From a virus (taxonomy: Duplodnaviria > Caudoviricetes): a DNA stretch of 64,000 nt. A model generated the notes under the pieces. It saw nothing but the letters and a program-made list of their open reading frames with translations, was not told where the DNA came from and did not search any database. A program made the position numbers and the translations under genes. The first letter of the stretch is position 1, and the number at the start of each line of letters is the position of its first letter. Shown here piece by piece: positions 25,688-35,910 of the stretch. The stretch spans positions 1 through 64,000 of IMG/VR virus record IMGVR_UViG_3300031519_008340. One strand, written 5' to 3'.

Positions 25688-26258
25688 TAAAAGTATATTT
25701 ACCTGCGAGGATTAAATTCATCTGAACTACAATTGCTTGAGCATATGCAACAGCGTGAGACTTCTTAAAAAAATAACTTCCGTCAGTAGGCTTAACCCAT
25801 ACTTCCTTCATTATGTCGTCCCAACTCTTGTTAACTAATTGCCTTTTTGCAGGCCGTATTATAGCCAATACCGCGGCAAGTTGTTCTATGCTGGTTGGTT
25901 GTAGTTTTGATATAATGCTGAAATGTCCATTTAAATGAAACAGTTCATCAACATAACATCTTTCATTTAGTATACGCCAATCTGGTTCTTTAATCATTAA
26001 TTTAACTAACTCTTGTTCACTTTTTACGTTTTTGTAGATACTAACATTTAAACAGTCAATTTTGAAATATCCACGATCCTCGGCTTTTTTATAATCAAGA
26101 CTTGCATGACCGGTAACAGGATTAGTTGGAATATTGTGAAAGTATACTCCTGTTTTATGTTTTTCAGTTTTATCTTCTTTTATTATAGTTGCTGGAGTAT
26201 GTTGAAATAATTTTAAAACTTTATCTCTATCTACAAAGTCTATGTCTACATCAGGCAT
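25659..26258 (-). CDS. family-C DNA polymerase fragment (split DnaE, begins at the catalytic PDVDID)
   Basis: MPDVDIDF, KHKTGVYF, YFKIDCLN, LAIIRP, FKKSHAVAYA. Confidence 0.9.
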   Translation of the reverse strand: MPDVDIDFVDRDKVLKLFQHTPATIIKEDKTEKHKTGVYFHNIPTNPVTGHASLDYKKAEDRGYFKIDCLNVSIYKNVKSEQELVKLMIKEPDWRILNERCYVDELFHLNGHFSIISKLQPTSIEQLAAVLAIIRPAKRQLVNKSWDDIMKEVWVKPTDGSYFFKKSHAVAYAQAIVVQMNLILAGKYTFSVQPEKKSH

Positions 26259-26482
26259 TAGTGTAATTTTTTCTTGTTGCGTTTAATAAAATCTTTTTTG
26301 GTTCCTGGCTTTAACAACTCAAGCACTTCTAACATTTTTTTATATCCTTTTGTCTGCTGAATTTCCGGCGACATTTCTGGCAGTATCACTTTGCCAATTG
26401 ATCCATCTTTTTTGATCACGACAACACTGTCTCCAATTTCCATGTCTAAAGTATCATCAATCTCAATATTAATTCTACTCAA
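26258..26482 (-). CDS. small hypothetical protein
   Basis: C-terminal part of the 102-aa track ORF; probable TTG start near LSRINIE, approximate. Confidence 0.55.
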   Translation of the reverse strand: MSRINIEIDDTLDMEIGDSVVVIKKDGSIGKVILPEMSPEIQQTKGYKKMLEVLELLKPGTKKDFIKRNKKKLH

Positions 26483-27161
26483 TGTGTGCCTCCTTTGCAG
26501 TTTCTTGTACAAACAAATAATCTGCTGGATAATTTTTAAATTTATTTCGCCAAAATGCTGGATCAATATAAGTTTGTATCATTTGTAATTGTTCGTCAGT
26601 AAACGATTTTAACATTTTTTTACCTGCTTCACAACCTAGCACTATCCATGGCGATATTTTTCCTGATTGTATGTGCTGTACACTTCTGCTGGTATTAACC
26701 AAACGAAAGTAATCAGACCATTGTACATTTTGTTCCTGTGCCCAATCCATCATTGTTGCAATTGATCTTCTTAGTGCGGCTTCTACAGGTTCAGTCTTAA
26801 GTGTATCCTTTAAGTATTGTTCATACAAATCATCTCTGCTCCAGTGGTCCAGTTTTACTTTTGAAAGTATTACGTAGTCAATATATTTTTCTGGATACAA
26901 AGGACCAGTGTGCATCATGTAACGACCAAATTTGACAAAAGCATTGTAGTAAGAACTGTTGCAGAAGTCATCATATGTTTTTGTTTTTGTATGCCGTTGA
27001 TGTATTTCATAAAATCTTTGAAAAACAATAAATCCGTTTTGCACCCATTTCTCATCTTTTTGTAGATGTCTTCTTTTTGGTTCACACATATGCACTTGTA
27101 AAGTTCTCTCTCTTTGAAAACTTTTATTACAGTAAGTGCATTTAAAACTATTCGATACCAT
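26475..27161 (-). CDS. C2H2-like Zn-finger protein in the replication cluster
   Basis: CTYCNKSF...HMC N-terminus. Confidence 0.7.
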   Translation of the reverse strand: MVSNSFKCTYCNKSFQRERTLQVHMCEPKRRHLQKDEKWVQNGFIVFQRFYEIHQRHTKTKTYDDFCNSSYYNAFVKFGRYMMHTGPLYPEKYIDYVILSKVKLDHWSRDDLYEQYLKDTLKTEPVEAALRRSIATMMDWAQEQNVQWSDYFRLVNTSRSVQHIQSGKISPWIVLGCEAGKKMLKSFTDEQLQMIQTYIDPAFWRNKFKNYPADYLFVQETAKEAHIE

Positions 27162-27600
27162 GTGCCTCTAATAATTCTTCAAGCTCTCTATCAGTTATAA
27201 TTTTATCTAGCGTCTCTAGATCTTTTTCTTTTGCTGTAGGAAATATTAATTGTAGTTGCTTTAAACTTTTATTTGGCACACGCTTCATTGGTTTTATCCA
27301 TGGATGAAATTGCTGTTTTAAGCCACCACACATTGCAGTCAACATCCAGCACATTTTTTTGTGTTTGCTAGATAATGTGAACAAGTGTTTGTTAACGCAT
27401 TCGTTAATCATTTCAACATAGTGTTCTTGATAAAACTTATCTCCTGAAACACTAGAAGCATATCGCATGATCATATAAGGACTGTATAAAGATCTTTCTT
27501 TGTCGTCAATACGATCCCAATAATCTTTGTTCCTGTAATCGATTGCCTTCAAGCCATTTCTTAACTCGAAAAATTTTCTATTTGTACTCTTTGCCTTCAT
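27148..27600 (-). CDS. gp62: clamp-loader small subunit (gp62-like)
   Basis: YSPYMIMRYAS...NKH...HPWIKP pattern; replication context. Confidence 0.65.
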   Translation of the reverse strand: MKAKSTNRKFFELRNGLKAIDYRNKDYWDRIDDKERSLYSPYMIMRYASSVSGDKFYQEHYVEMINECVNKHLFTLSSKHKKMCWMLTAMCGGLKQQFHPWIKPMKRVPNKSLKQLQLIFPTAKEKDLETLDKIITDRELEELLEAHGIE

Positions 27601-27841
27601 ATATTAACCTAAATTTTGTTGCGTGTTTGTAATCTTTAAATCCTATTTTTACATACTGATGCATAAATTTTATTGTTGTTAGTTCTATTTTATACTCTTT
27701 AATTGTATCAAGCAAGTTTGGAAAAAAATCTTTTTCCATCCATACCGGCTCTTTTATATTTTTTCCTGTGTCAAGCATCATTACTGGTGCTTTTACTTTG
27801 ACAAATTTGCTGTTTAATTTTTTTTTAGAAGCATTGACCAT
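27578..27841 (-). CDS. hypothetical protein
   Basis: ORF track, overlapping neighbours. Confidence 0.6.
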   Translation of the reverse strand: MVNASKKKLNSKFVKVKAPVMMLDTGKNIKEPVWMEKDFFPNLLDTIKEYKIELTTIKFMHQYVKIGFKDYKHATKFRLIYEGKEYK

Positions 27842-28328
27842 AGTCTAATTGCTCACATTGTCTCGAGATGTCTTTTACAAAATATGCACACTGAGGATCT
27901 GGACCATCGGATAACGGCACTGCTAATAACTGTCCTGCTTTAATTTTTGGAAAGTACCACTTAACTTCTGTGTAAATGTCAACTATATCCACATTTAAAA
28001 ATTCTGGATGTCCACCAGTTAGTGGGTTGAATAAGAAAGCATCAAAGCCTCGGTCATTCAAACTTGTAATTGGCAAAACATGAAGTTCTCCTTGTTCTGC
28101 TTCACCTATGACCATTTTCCAATCAAGAGGCATTGAAATTTTATATTTGCCAATTTGTAAAACTGCCGCTGGTGCGTTAAAACTTTCTAAAAATATTAGA
28201 GGTATGTAAAAGTAGTCAGGATTGGTTGGATCTGAATTATCTAATACAGCAAACCGCATTTTTTCATCAACCCACTCAGGTATTTTTTCTAGTTTGTATG
28301 TTTCGTTATCCAGTGAAAGAATTTTCAT
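27825..28328 (-). CDS. hypothetical beta-rich protein, possibly Hint-like
   Basis: ORF directly behind uvsW; weak resemblance to intein block B spacing. Confidence 0.6.
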   Translation of the reverse strand: MKILSLDNETYKLEKIPEWVDEKMRFAVLDNSDPTNPDYFYIPLIFLESFNAPAAVLQIGKYKISMPLDWKMVIGEAEQGELHVLPITSLNDRGFDAFLFNPLTGGHPEFLNVDIVDIYTEVKWYFPKIKAGQLLAVPLSDGPDPQCAYFVKDISRQCEQLDYGQCF

Positions 28329-29799
28329 AATTTATCTTTTCTATATTATACGGGTAATTTGCCTCTTTGTAAAACTTTTTTCTTTGTGTTAGGTGTCTTT
28401 TTGCAAATTTGCAACTGCTTGTTATATCCCATATTTCTACGTGATCCTTGTCTTTTGCTTTTCTTATACCACGTCCTATTGATTGAATTACTCGTACAAA
28501 TGATTTTCCTGGTTCTATGAGAACAAGATTAAAAATACGAGGAATATTAATGCCAACACTGGCAACTCCATATGTGGCAATAATAATTTTATTCGTTGCT
28601 GTAGATACTTCATCATATTGTTCCTTTCTGTCGGGGTTTTTGGTTGATCCTGATATAAAAACTGAGCCAGGTAATTTTTTCTTTAGGGTTTCACCTGCAC
28701 TTATTCTATCAACAAGTATAAGGGTGTTTCCTGCACTTGATATTGATTTAATAGTTTGTGCAACAAAAGACATTCTCCGATCATCAGTTGTAAGCCATTT
28801 TAGTTCTTCTTGATAGTTTGTAAACATTTTTGTTTCAATTGTTTGTATAATATTAACATTACAATTGGCAAGTACACCTTTGTCTTGCAGTGTCTTGGCC
28901 GCAATTTTGTTAACTACTTCGCCGATGGAACATTTGATTCCCATAAATTCAAAATCTGCTTTTGGCACTGTGCCTGTAAGGCCCCAACGTATACCACAAT
29001 GTGCAAAAGGCCCGGTCAACATTCTTTTTAAAACATCTGCTTTAGCCATGTGTACTTCATCGATTATAATTGTATTAATACCTTTTATTGCTTCTAAAAA
29101 ATCTGCTGTGTGATCGTCTTTGCTTTTCTTTTCTAGTATATTCAATGATTGCCAAGTGGCAATTGTGTTGTATCTGCCTAATTCTTTTCTATCACCGTAA
29201 TAAACACCTGTGTCTAAATTACAAGCAACAAAGTCTTCTTCTGTTTGTGTAACTAGACTTTTGTTTGGAACAATAGTAAGTGTTCGACCATATGGTTCGA
29301 CTAACTGGCACAGTGCCGCTGTAATAATGGTCTTGCCTGCACCAGTTGCGATCTCTTGAATACATTGTGGATTCTCAATAAATTTATTAATTGTTTCAAC
29401 TTGATAATCTCTTAACACAATTGGTTGTCCATCACATGGGTGTCCTTTGGGCCAGTTTATATTACTGAGATAATCTTTATCTATTTTATTAAACTCAAAA
29501 TTGTGTTTTGTTCTTTGATCTTCAAAATCAACATACACTCCGCCGTCTTCTAGAATTGGCAAAATTTGATCAACCAGGCTCAAATAAGTTGTGCCTCCTA
29601 GTCCAAAAAATGCAATCTTGCCATCCCATCGTCCAAGTTTTACTGCTGGTAAATGTCTTGCATATGGAACTTCATATTTAAATTTGTTGGAAAGTCTTTT
29701 ACGCCATTCCAAGGATAAATTTTCAAATTTAACGTTTACTTCGTCTTTGATTACTAGTTTGCATGAACTCATAGTTTTTTTATAGCACGATCCTTCCAC
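28306..29799 (-). CDS. uvsW: UvsW-like superfamily 2 helicase
   Basis: LRDYQ, ATGAGKT, IIDEVH, GLTGT, GINIP, QSIGRGIR. Confidence 0.95.
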   Translation of the reverse strand: MEGSCYKKTMSSCKLVIKDEVNVKFENLSLEWRKRLSNKFKYEVPYARHLPAVKLGRWDGKIAFFGLGGTTYLSLVDQILPILEDGGVYVDFEDQRTKHNFEFNKIDKDYLSNINWPKGHPCDGQPIVLRDYQVETINKFIENPQCIQEIATGAGKTIITAALCQLVEPYGRTLTIVPNKSLVTQTEEDFVACNLDTGVYYGDRKELGRYNTIATWQSLNILEKKSKDDHTADFLEAIKGINTIIIDEVHMAKADVLKRMLTGPFAHCGIRWGLTGTVPKADFEFMGIKCSIGEVVNKIAAKTLQDKGVLANCNVNIIQTIETKMFTNYQEELKWLTTDDRRMSFVAQTIKSISSAGNTLILVDRISAGETLKKKLPGSVFISGSTKNPDRKEQYDEVSTATNKIIIATYGVASVGINIPRIFNLVLIEPGKSFVRVIQSIGRGIRKAKDKDHVEIWDITSSCKFAKRHLTQRKKFYKEANYPYNIEKINYENSFTG

Positions 29800-31115
29800 T
29801 GGTAACTTAAAGGTTGTGATGTACTATAATACAACTTTTTTGGAAGATTATCAAGTAGTCTTTTCATTCTTTCTCCGCCTGTATGGTAAAATCCTCCACC
29901 TATTGCAGTAAGCGAACACTTAAATTTAATATTTGCACGCATTAGTGATCTAGTTAATTTATTCCTTACAAAATAAACTTTAGTGTGTTGGTCTATTGTT
30001 TTAAAACTTTTACTCATTTGATATAAGTCGTAGGCATTTTGCCATACTGAATCTGCCATTTTATAAGGTTTGTTTTGTAAACCACCCTGATCAAGTTTTG
30101 TTGCCCATTTTTCGTCACTGTTTTTGTCTTTCCATTTTTTTGGTTCTTTTAATTCAAAACTAAAACCAAAGTTTTTACCTTCGTCAAATCCGTGCTTTTT
30201 AAAACATTCGAACCAGTCGTGCATGTCTATTGTATCTTCTATATTGTCTGTTATATCTCCAGACACAGGCATTACTAAAGGAAAACAATTTAGTTCTAAT
30301 AGTCCTGCAACAATATTATCACGAGTGTATGTGTTTTTATCTATCCACAATGCAGTATTGTTGTTGTGAGCAATTTTATTTGCAATTTGTGTGTTTGAGT
30401 TTACTTCAATGGCACCCTGTTCAATTGCAAAGTTTTTTAAACTATCAAGTTGTAAAATTGTTTTTTGATCTGCAAAATTCGTATTCCAGTAATCTAATAA
30501 TTGGCCATTTACATTTTTCAAAACAATCTTGTTGTTTTTAATTGTTGCATCTGGTTTTTTATATTGTATTTTTAATTTTTTAATTTCTTCGTATTCTTCT
30601 ATTAAATTTTCATCTGTAAAAGTAAAGTCATATCTAATACCTATAAGTGTTACGTAGTATGCAGTCACATCTGATTTGGTCACTGTCCAAGTTTTATTTT
30701 CTCCATCGTACAAAAAATATCCTTCAGGCAAGTTTTTGCCTTTTAAGGTACGTATTAAAGTAACTAACTTTTTGTTATAAGGAAATTTCATAATTAATTT
30801 TTCGCCATCATCATCCAATTCAGATTCTATAGTTTTTGCAGAATTTATTATTCTAAATGGATGTGCAAATTTTGGGTCATCAGTTAATGATTTAAGGTCT
30901 ATGCCATACTTTAAAAATTTTGTAAGGTATCTTTTAACAAAAAAAGTTGCTAATTTTGCCTGTCTTTCTGTCCATGGATATTGTGCTTCGGCTAATGATG
31001 TTATTGTTTTACGGTCCATGCTGTGAGGAGCCACTGACCCTATGGTCCACGCCCATTCATTATAGGCTAGTATTTTAATTGCTTCGTTAATGGTTTTTGG
31101 CATGTTGTCAGTCAT
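29769..31115 (-). CDS. conserved hypothetical protein
   Basis: 448-aa ORF; TTGACA-16-TATACT promoter at ~31157-31184. Confidence 0.75.
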   Translation of the reverse strand: MTDNMPKTINEAIKILAYNEWAWTIGSVAPHSMDRKTITSLAEAQYPWTERQAKLATFFVKRYLTKFLKYGIDLKSLTDDPKFAHPFRIINSAKTIESELDDDGEKLIMKFPYNKKLVTLIRTLKGKNLPEGYFLYDGENKTWTVTKSDVTAYYVTLIGIRYDFTFTDENLIEEYEEIKKLKIQYKKPDATIKNNKIVLKNVNGQLLDYWNTNFADQKTILQLDSLKNFAIEQGAIEVNSNTQIANKIAHNNNTALWIDKNTYTRDNIVAGLLELNCFPLVMPVSGDITDNIEDTIDMHDWFECFKKHGFDEGKNFGFSFELKEPKKWKDKNSDEKWATKLDQGGLQNKPYKMADSVWQNAYDLYQMSKSFKTIDQHTKVYFVRNKLTRSLMRANIKFKCSLTAIGGGFYHTGGERMKRLLDNLPKKLYYSTSQPLSYQWKDRAIKKL

Positions 31116-31189
31116 ATAGTGGTGTTATATTAAACTCCGTTATTACGATAATTACTAGTATAACACAACTGGTAAACTTGTCAATTGAT

Positions 31190-31657
31190 ATGAAGAAAAA
31201 ACTTAAAAATACTAGAAGATCAATCAAATTTAGAGTGAAGAATGCTCTAAAAAAGAGACAACATATAAAGATATACAGACCAACTTTACCAGTAACACAG
31301 AGCTGGTTTAGAACCCTTAACAGGGGCCTTTTTAGTGGTAGACTAGTTGAACCTGAACTGTTTGTTAAACGACTTGTAGGCGATTGGGGCAGATGTGTTG
31401 CTAATTGGGACAATAGGAAAGCAAGAAGAGGAACCTATGACCAAAGAGTTATTCCATATGCAAAAGCAGATATAGAATATAGATTAGAACTGCATTGCAA
31501 ATTTCCAAATTGGAAAGACTTTATTGAAACACTAGCTCATGAAATGGTGCACTTATATCAAATGCAGGTCATGGAAGATCCTTATTCAAATCACAATCAC
31601 AACTTTTACAGTTTTAGATCTAGATTTAAACAGTTTGGTTTAACACTGTATCGTTAA
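31190..31657 (+). CDS. SprT-like zinc metalloprotease domain protein
   Basis: TLAHEMVHLYQ (HExxH) and downstream H..F; start trimmed to ATG 31190. Confidence 0.85.
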   Translation: MKKKLKNTRRSIKFRVKNALKKRQHIKIYRPTLPVTQSWFRTLNRGLFSGRLVEPELFVKRLVGDWGRCVANWDNRKARRGTYDQRVIPYAKADIEYRLELHCKFPNWKDFIETLAHEMVHLYQMQVMEDPYSNHNHNFYSFRSRFKQFGLTLYR

Positions 31658-32357
31658 ATTCTTTGTAAGAAATAGTTTTACTGTTTCCTAAATCTGTACC
31701 TGTTTGTAAATTATTTAAAAATTCAGGTGGATTGTCATGTACTATTGTAAAATTGCAATAAGGTCTTTGTTTTATAAATCTTCTAAATTGTTTTAACCAT
31801 CCATCAAAAATTGCATCGTCGTGCCTCTCTCCGTAATTAGAAGTATCCTGGTATATGTTGTTTAATTTGTCTTTGCCATATTCTCTAAAGTCAAAACCTA
31901 AGAGATATAAATTTTTATGTCCGTGGACTGTAGCGGTCCAAATTGCTTGATTGCCTGATATTACGTGTGGGTTGTTAGGTATTAGGTGTAACATTTTTTT
32001 ACTGTATCTTCTATTCACTTCCAAAGAAGGCGCATAATGAATACATTTTTTTCCAACTTCATTTTGACACATTTCTAATGTAATTTTTGAATCAACACTA
32101 AAGATAAAATCTGGAATAAAATCTCTGTATAATGCATTACAGCCGTAAGTTTGTCCGGTATTTTTTAACTTGCTTAGATCAAACTTTTTCCTAGAAGGTC
32201 CATTTCCTATTATGTAAGCGTGTCCTCTTGGCACAGCATTTACCTTATCTTTAACAAACTCTTTTTCAAAGACACGTTCTCCTTTCTTTATTATTGTGTT
32301 AAGAATTATAGTTTCTCCTTTATAAGGAGTCCATTCGATAGGTTCAATTTTTTCCAT
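31626..32357 (-). CDS. DUF115/MAF (sialyltransferase-fold-like) protein
   Basis: IIGNGPSR, YGCNALYRD, LYLLGFD. Confidence 0.75.
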   Translation of the reverse strand: MEKIEPIEWTPYKGETIILNTIIKKGERVFEKEFVKDKVNAVPRGHAYIIGNGPSRKKFDLSKLKNTGQTYGCNALYRDFIPDFIFSVDSKITLEMCQNEVGKKCIHYAPSLEVNRRYSKKMLHLIPNNPHVISGNQAIWTATVHGHKNLYLLGFDFREYGKDKLNNIYQDTSNYGERHDDAIFDGWLKQFRRFIKQRPYCNFTIVHDNPPEFLNNLQTGTDLGNSKTISYKEFNDTVLNQTV

Positions 32358-33219
32358 CTAAATATTTTTCCTTTATTCGATTACGTATTCTTTCCCATGG
32401 TGTGCCTTCTTTAATTTCGTCAGTCCACCATTCTGTGTATGCTAATTCTTGTGTCCACAACTCTCTGTCAGGAATAAGTGGTCTTGACATAGTTGAGTAA
32501 TCTGGATTGCCAACATTGTATGACAAACTTGATTTAGAAACAAATACAGGTACACCGTTGAATACTGATTGCATAGCAGGATTTGAACTATGGTTTACAA
32601 CTGCCCATGCATTGTCCAATTGTTTTACAAAGTCTGTATCATCATAGGTGTTTGTGTCTCTTCTTGGCATTTGTGTTTCAACTCCAGCCATTTTAATTGA
32701 AATAGGATTTCTTGGGTGTGGTCTAATTATAATTTTTTTGTCAGTTACCTTTTTAATTGCTGTGACTTGTTCTAGTAACCAGTTGTTCATCTTTGGAAGG
32801 TCACGCCACTGTTCACTGCTGTCATGTTGTCCACAAATTATTATATTGTCACCTCTGCGTTTCCAGGGTTTTAAGTCAATGTTAAACTTTTTCCATCTTG
32901 ACTCAAAGTGTGGAGCAACTGCAAAATCAGCATCACGATTCACACCGTTAATTCCAATCTTCCAGGTAAAATTTCTTTTGATACCACCAACCTCTAAAAC
33001 CACTACAGGTTTTTTAAGTGCTTGAAATTCTTTCCAAATTTGTAAGTTGTTACGCATTCTACCCTGCCATAACACACTCCATATGACGGCAACATCTGTA
33101 TTGTGATCGTGCTTATTAATTTGGAAATCTTCATTTTTATTTTTTAAATTTTCAATGAAAGCATCAAACACAGGTTTTGAATTTAAACTTCCGTATGCTG
33201 GAAAAACACTTATCTTCAT
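32344..33219 (-). CDS. GT-B glycosyltransferase, capsule polysaccharide biosynthesis-like
   Basis: VLEVGG, CGQHDSS, IRPHP, HSSNPA...GVPVF, EWWTDEI..G..W. Confidence 0.75.
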   Translation of the reverse strand: MKISVFPAYGSLNSKPVFDAFIENLKNKNEDFQINKHDHNTDVAVIWSVLWQGRMRNNLQIWKEFQALKKPVVVLEVGGIKRNFTWKIGINGVNRDADFAVAPHFESRWKKFNIDLKPWKRRGDNIIICGQHDSSEQWRDLPKMNNWLLEQVTAIKKVTDKKIIIRPHPRNPISIKMAGVETQMPRRDTNTYDDTDFVKQLDNAWAVVNHSSNPAMQSVFNGVPVFVSKSSLSYNVGNPDYSTMSRPLIPDRELWTQELAYTEWWTDEIKEGTPWERIRNRIKEKYLDGKN

Positions 33220-33226
33220 ATTTTGA

Positions 33227-34147
33227 TTAGTTGCCTATTTTACCTTTCGCAACTTTACTTACGATGTCATTAGCTTGTTTAGGATCAAACTTGATACCAC
33301 CAAACGGATCGTAGTTTTCTACGTTTTTCCAGTATCCTTCTTCTCTTTGTATTCTCAAATCACTTCGAGAACTTTTGCCTTTAATTTTTCTTTTGCCTTT
33401 CATATGGTCAATGTATTCACCTAACACACTGTTAATAAAGACATGGTGCCCTTTTGCACCAGCACCCTTGCCAATGTCAACTCCGTCATTTGGTGCAACT
33501 CTTTTTAATATCTGCCAAAAAAGATAACTGTCGTGCCATTCCAACTCTTTAAAAATAGTGTCCTTGTTGTAAAGATCTGTCCATGTTTTCATAAACTGAT
33601 TAATTTTTGAATGCCTTCTATTGTAACATACCCAACCGCATTCTGGATATTTTTCACCTCTCCCTAAAAAATTTACTAGTTTGTCTTTAGGCAATAAGTC
33701 TGTAACAAATTTTTCAGTTATTGGTTTGAAAGTAAATGTATCTGCGTCAAGCCATAGTATGTAATCAACATCGATGTTTTTAATTGCATGATCTACTGCA
33801 AAAGTTTTATGACTAAATCGCACAGCGTCCCATAGATAACTGCCTTTGCCCTTGTCGTTTTTTCCTGCATTAGGATTTCGTCTAACACCTCCAGCAATCT
33901 CATTTACTTCGCCGTTAGCAACCGGATCATTTTTATACTTGTTTTTAAATCTTACAAGGTCTGGATTAGCATCTTCAATATTGACATATTCAATTTTATT
34001 GTGTTTTAAATTAGGAGTAGGTCCTTCGTGATAAGCAGTAATCTTAACATCGTTAGGCCAAAACTTTATGTGACTTTGTAACATCCTTTCCGCATAAGCA
34101 TTCCATCTGTTTGGTGGAAAGGTTGTAATTACTCTAAGTGTACTCAT
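33227..34147 (-). CDS. GT-A glycosyltransferase
   Basis: VRFSHKTF, LWLDAD (DXD), EWHDS, DHMKG. Confidence 0.8.
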   Translation of the reverse strand: MSTLRVITTFPPNRWNAYAERMLQSHIKFWPNDVKITAYHEGPTPNLKHNKIEYVNIEDANPDLVRFKNKYKNDPVANGEVNEIAGGVRRNPNAGKNDKGKGSYLWDAVRFSHKTFAVDHAIKNIDVDYILWLDADTFTFKPITEKFVTDLLPKDKLVNFLGRGEKYPECGWVCYNRRHSKINQFMKTWTDLYNKDTIFKELEWHDSYLFWQILKRVAPNDGVDIGKGAGAKGHHVFINSVLGEYIDHMKGKRKIKGKSSRSDLRIQREEGYWKNVENYDPFGGIKFDPKQANDIVSKVAKGKIGN

Positions 34148-34155
34148 CAAATTAT

Positions 34156-35910
34156 TTAATAGTTTTTAACATCAAACTTATCAAACCAGGTTGCCCAAAT
34201 CATGTCAATACTTGCTCTTTTACCAGTTTTTTGATTCAATTGGTGCGGCATTTCTTTTCCTGTTTTTGTTTGATAAAACTTTTTTAGGTTATTATCTTTG
34301 TTCATCCAATAGGCCATTGGCGCAGTCCACCCAGTCTTTTCCTTGCCAATAATAAATTTAGGCAAGTGATCTATATATGCTCTCCTGCTCATATTTTTTA
34401 ATTCAAATTTATTATCAAGTTTTTTTTTACCAAAAAACTGTGATAGTTTATGTAATGAATGCATTGACATACAATACTTCATAAAAGTTTTTGAAGCCAA
34501 TGGGTAACGTCCTTCCATACTGTATGCCATTCCAAATTTGTCATTTCTTATAAGAAACTCTTCAGGACATACTGTTGCAAGTTCTAAACAACAAAAACTG
34601 TTTAAAGGATCTGCAGGATTGTACATATCACTTCCAAATGTTTTTAAAAATTCTTCTAAAACTTCTTCTTTTGAATATTTGTTTTTGTTTACACTAGCAG
34701 TTGGTTTTTGTCCTAGTACTAGATATCGGCAAATGTCTTTCCAGTTCTTAATTTTAATTTTTCCTTGTTTAATTTCCATCATAAATCTTCTATGCCTTGG
34801 GTACCCGCAAAGCAACTCGTCGCCAAGATCTCCAGCCATTGTAATTTTGACATTATCTTCTCGCATTACTTTATTTGTGTAGATATTAGCAGGCAAGCTA
34901 GGACTTCTAATTAATTGCTCAAATGACTCTACTGATTTGTCCCAATATTCAAGATAAATTTCAGGAGTTATTGTAACTTGTCTGTGATTGTATCCTGCAT
35001 GATCAGCCAACATTTTTGCAGTTCGAGAATCTGAATTATAGTCTTCATCTACTATATTAGGATCCGGGTCAAATCCATTTGTGTATGAATTAACTTCTCC
35101 GTGAATTGCTTTTAATTCATTAGATATCATACTTGAATCCATTCCGCCACTTAGAAACAAGCCAATTTTTTTATCGCCAATACTGCATCTACGAACAGCA
35201 TCTTGCACTTGTTGTTTAAATTCTTTAGGATTGTAACTGTGATTATTAATTGGCAATATATTTTCTCTGGTGATTGTTAAAATTTTTTTACTTACAACTC
35301 CGTAAATAATTGTTTCGCCTGGTAAAAGTTTTTTGATGTTACTGAAAAAAGTATTTCTTAAAGGATTCACAGTCATGTAATGGAAAATACTGTGGGCCAT
35401 TTTATCTAATATGCGAGATCCAGGCACTTTGTCTAGCATACCTTTTATTTCAGAACCAAAAACAAGTCCTTCTTTTACTTCTGCATAAAATACAGGTTTA
35501 ATGCCTGCATGGTCTCTGCTTAAAATAAGTTGTTGTTTTTGTATATCGTAATAAGCAAACCCGTGCATTGAATCTAATTCATTTACAAAAGTGCTACCAA
35601 AGTTATCAAGACCCCAAGCAAGTAATTCTGTATCGCATTTGGTCTTTGGAGTAAAACTGTTTTTATACTTTTCTAGCAGTTCATAGTAATTAAAAATTTC
35701 ACCATTGTATACTAATATGTTTCCTTTGGGTGTTTTCCAAGGCTGTCTAGCCTGACTAGGTTCTCCCATAATACTCAATAAGTTATGTCCCAACGTAACC
35801 TTATCATTGTTCCAAATATCAGAACCGTCAGGTCCTCTATGTTTGCAGATGTCAATGTACTTTGTTATAAAGTCTCTATCAACAGCAGTTATTCCGTATA
35901 TTCCACACAT
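34156..35910 (-). CDS. asnB: asparagine synthetase B-like glutamine amidotransferase
   Basis: N-terminal MCGI, HRGPD, YNGEI, RDHAGIKP, LSGGMDS. Confidence 0.93.
   Translation of the reverse strand: MCGIYGITAVDRDFITKYIDICKHRGPDGSDIWNNDKVTLGHNLLSIMGEPSQARQPWKTPKGNILVYNGEIFNYYELLEKYKNSFTPKTKCDTELLAWGLDNFGSTFVNELDSMHGFAYYDIQKQQLILSRDHAGIKPVFYAEVKEGLVFGSEIKGMLDKVPGSRILDKMAHSIFHYMTVNPLRNTFFSNIKKLLPGETIIYGVVSKKILTITRENILPINNHSYNPKEFKQQVQDAVRRCSIGDKKIGLFLSGGMDSSMISNELKAIHGEVNSYTNGFDPDPNIVDEDYNSDSRTAKMLADHAGYNHRQVTITPEIYLEYWDKSVESFEQLIRSPSLPANIYTNKVMREDNVKITMAGDLGDELLCGYPRHRRFMMEIKQGKIKIKNWKDICRYLVLGQKPTASVNKNKYSKEEVLEEFLKTFGSDMYNPADPLNSFCCLELATVCPEEFLIRNDKFGMAYSMEGRYPLASKTFMKYCMSMHSLHKLSQFFGKKKLDNKFELKNMSRRAYIDHLPKFIIGKEKTGWTAPMAYWMNKDNNLKKFYQTKTGKEMPHQLNQKTGKRASIDMIWATWFDKFDVKNY

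Noticed and set aside
28306-29799. Intein or intron in uvsW, terminase, helicase or polymerases
   Set aside because: Lengths and motif spacing are normal, with no Cys...His-Asn splice junctions or homing endonuclease motifs.
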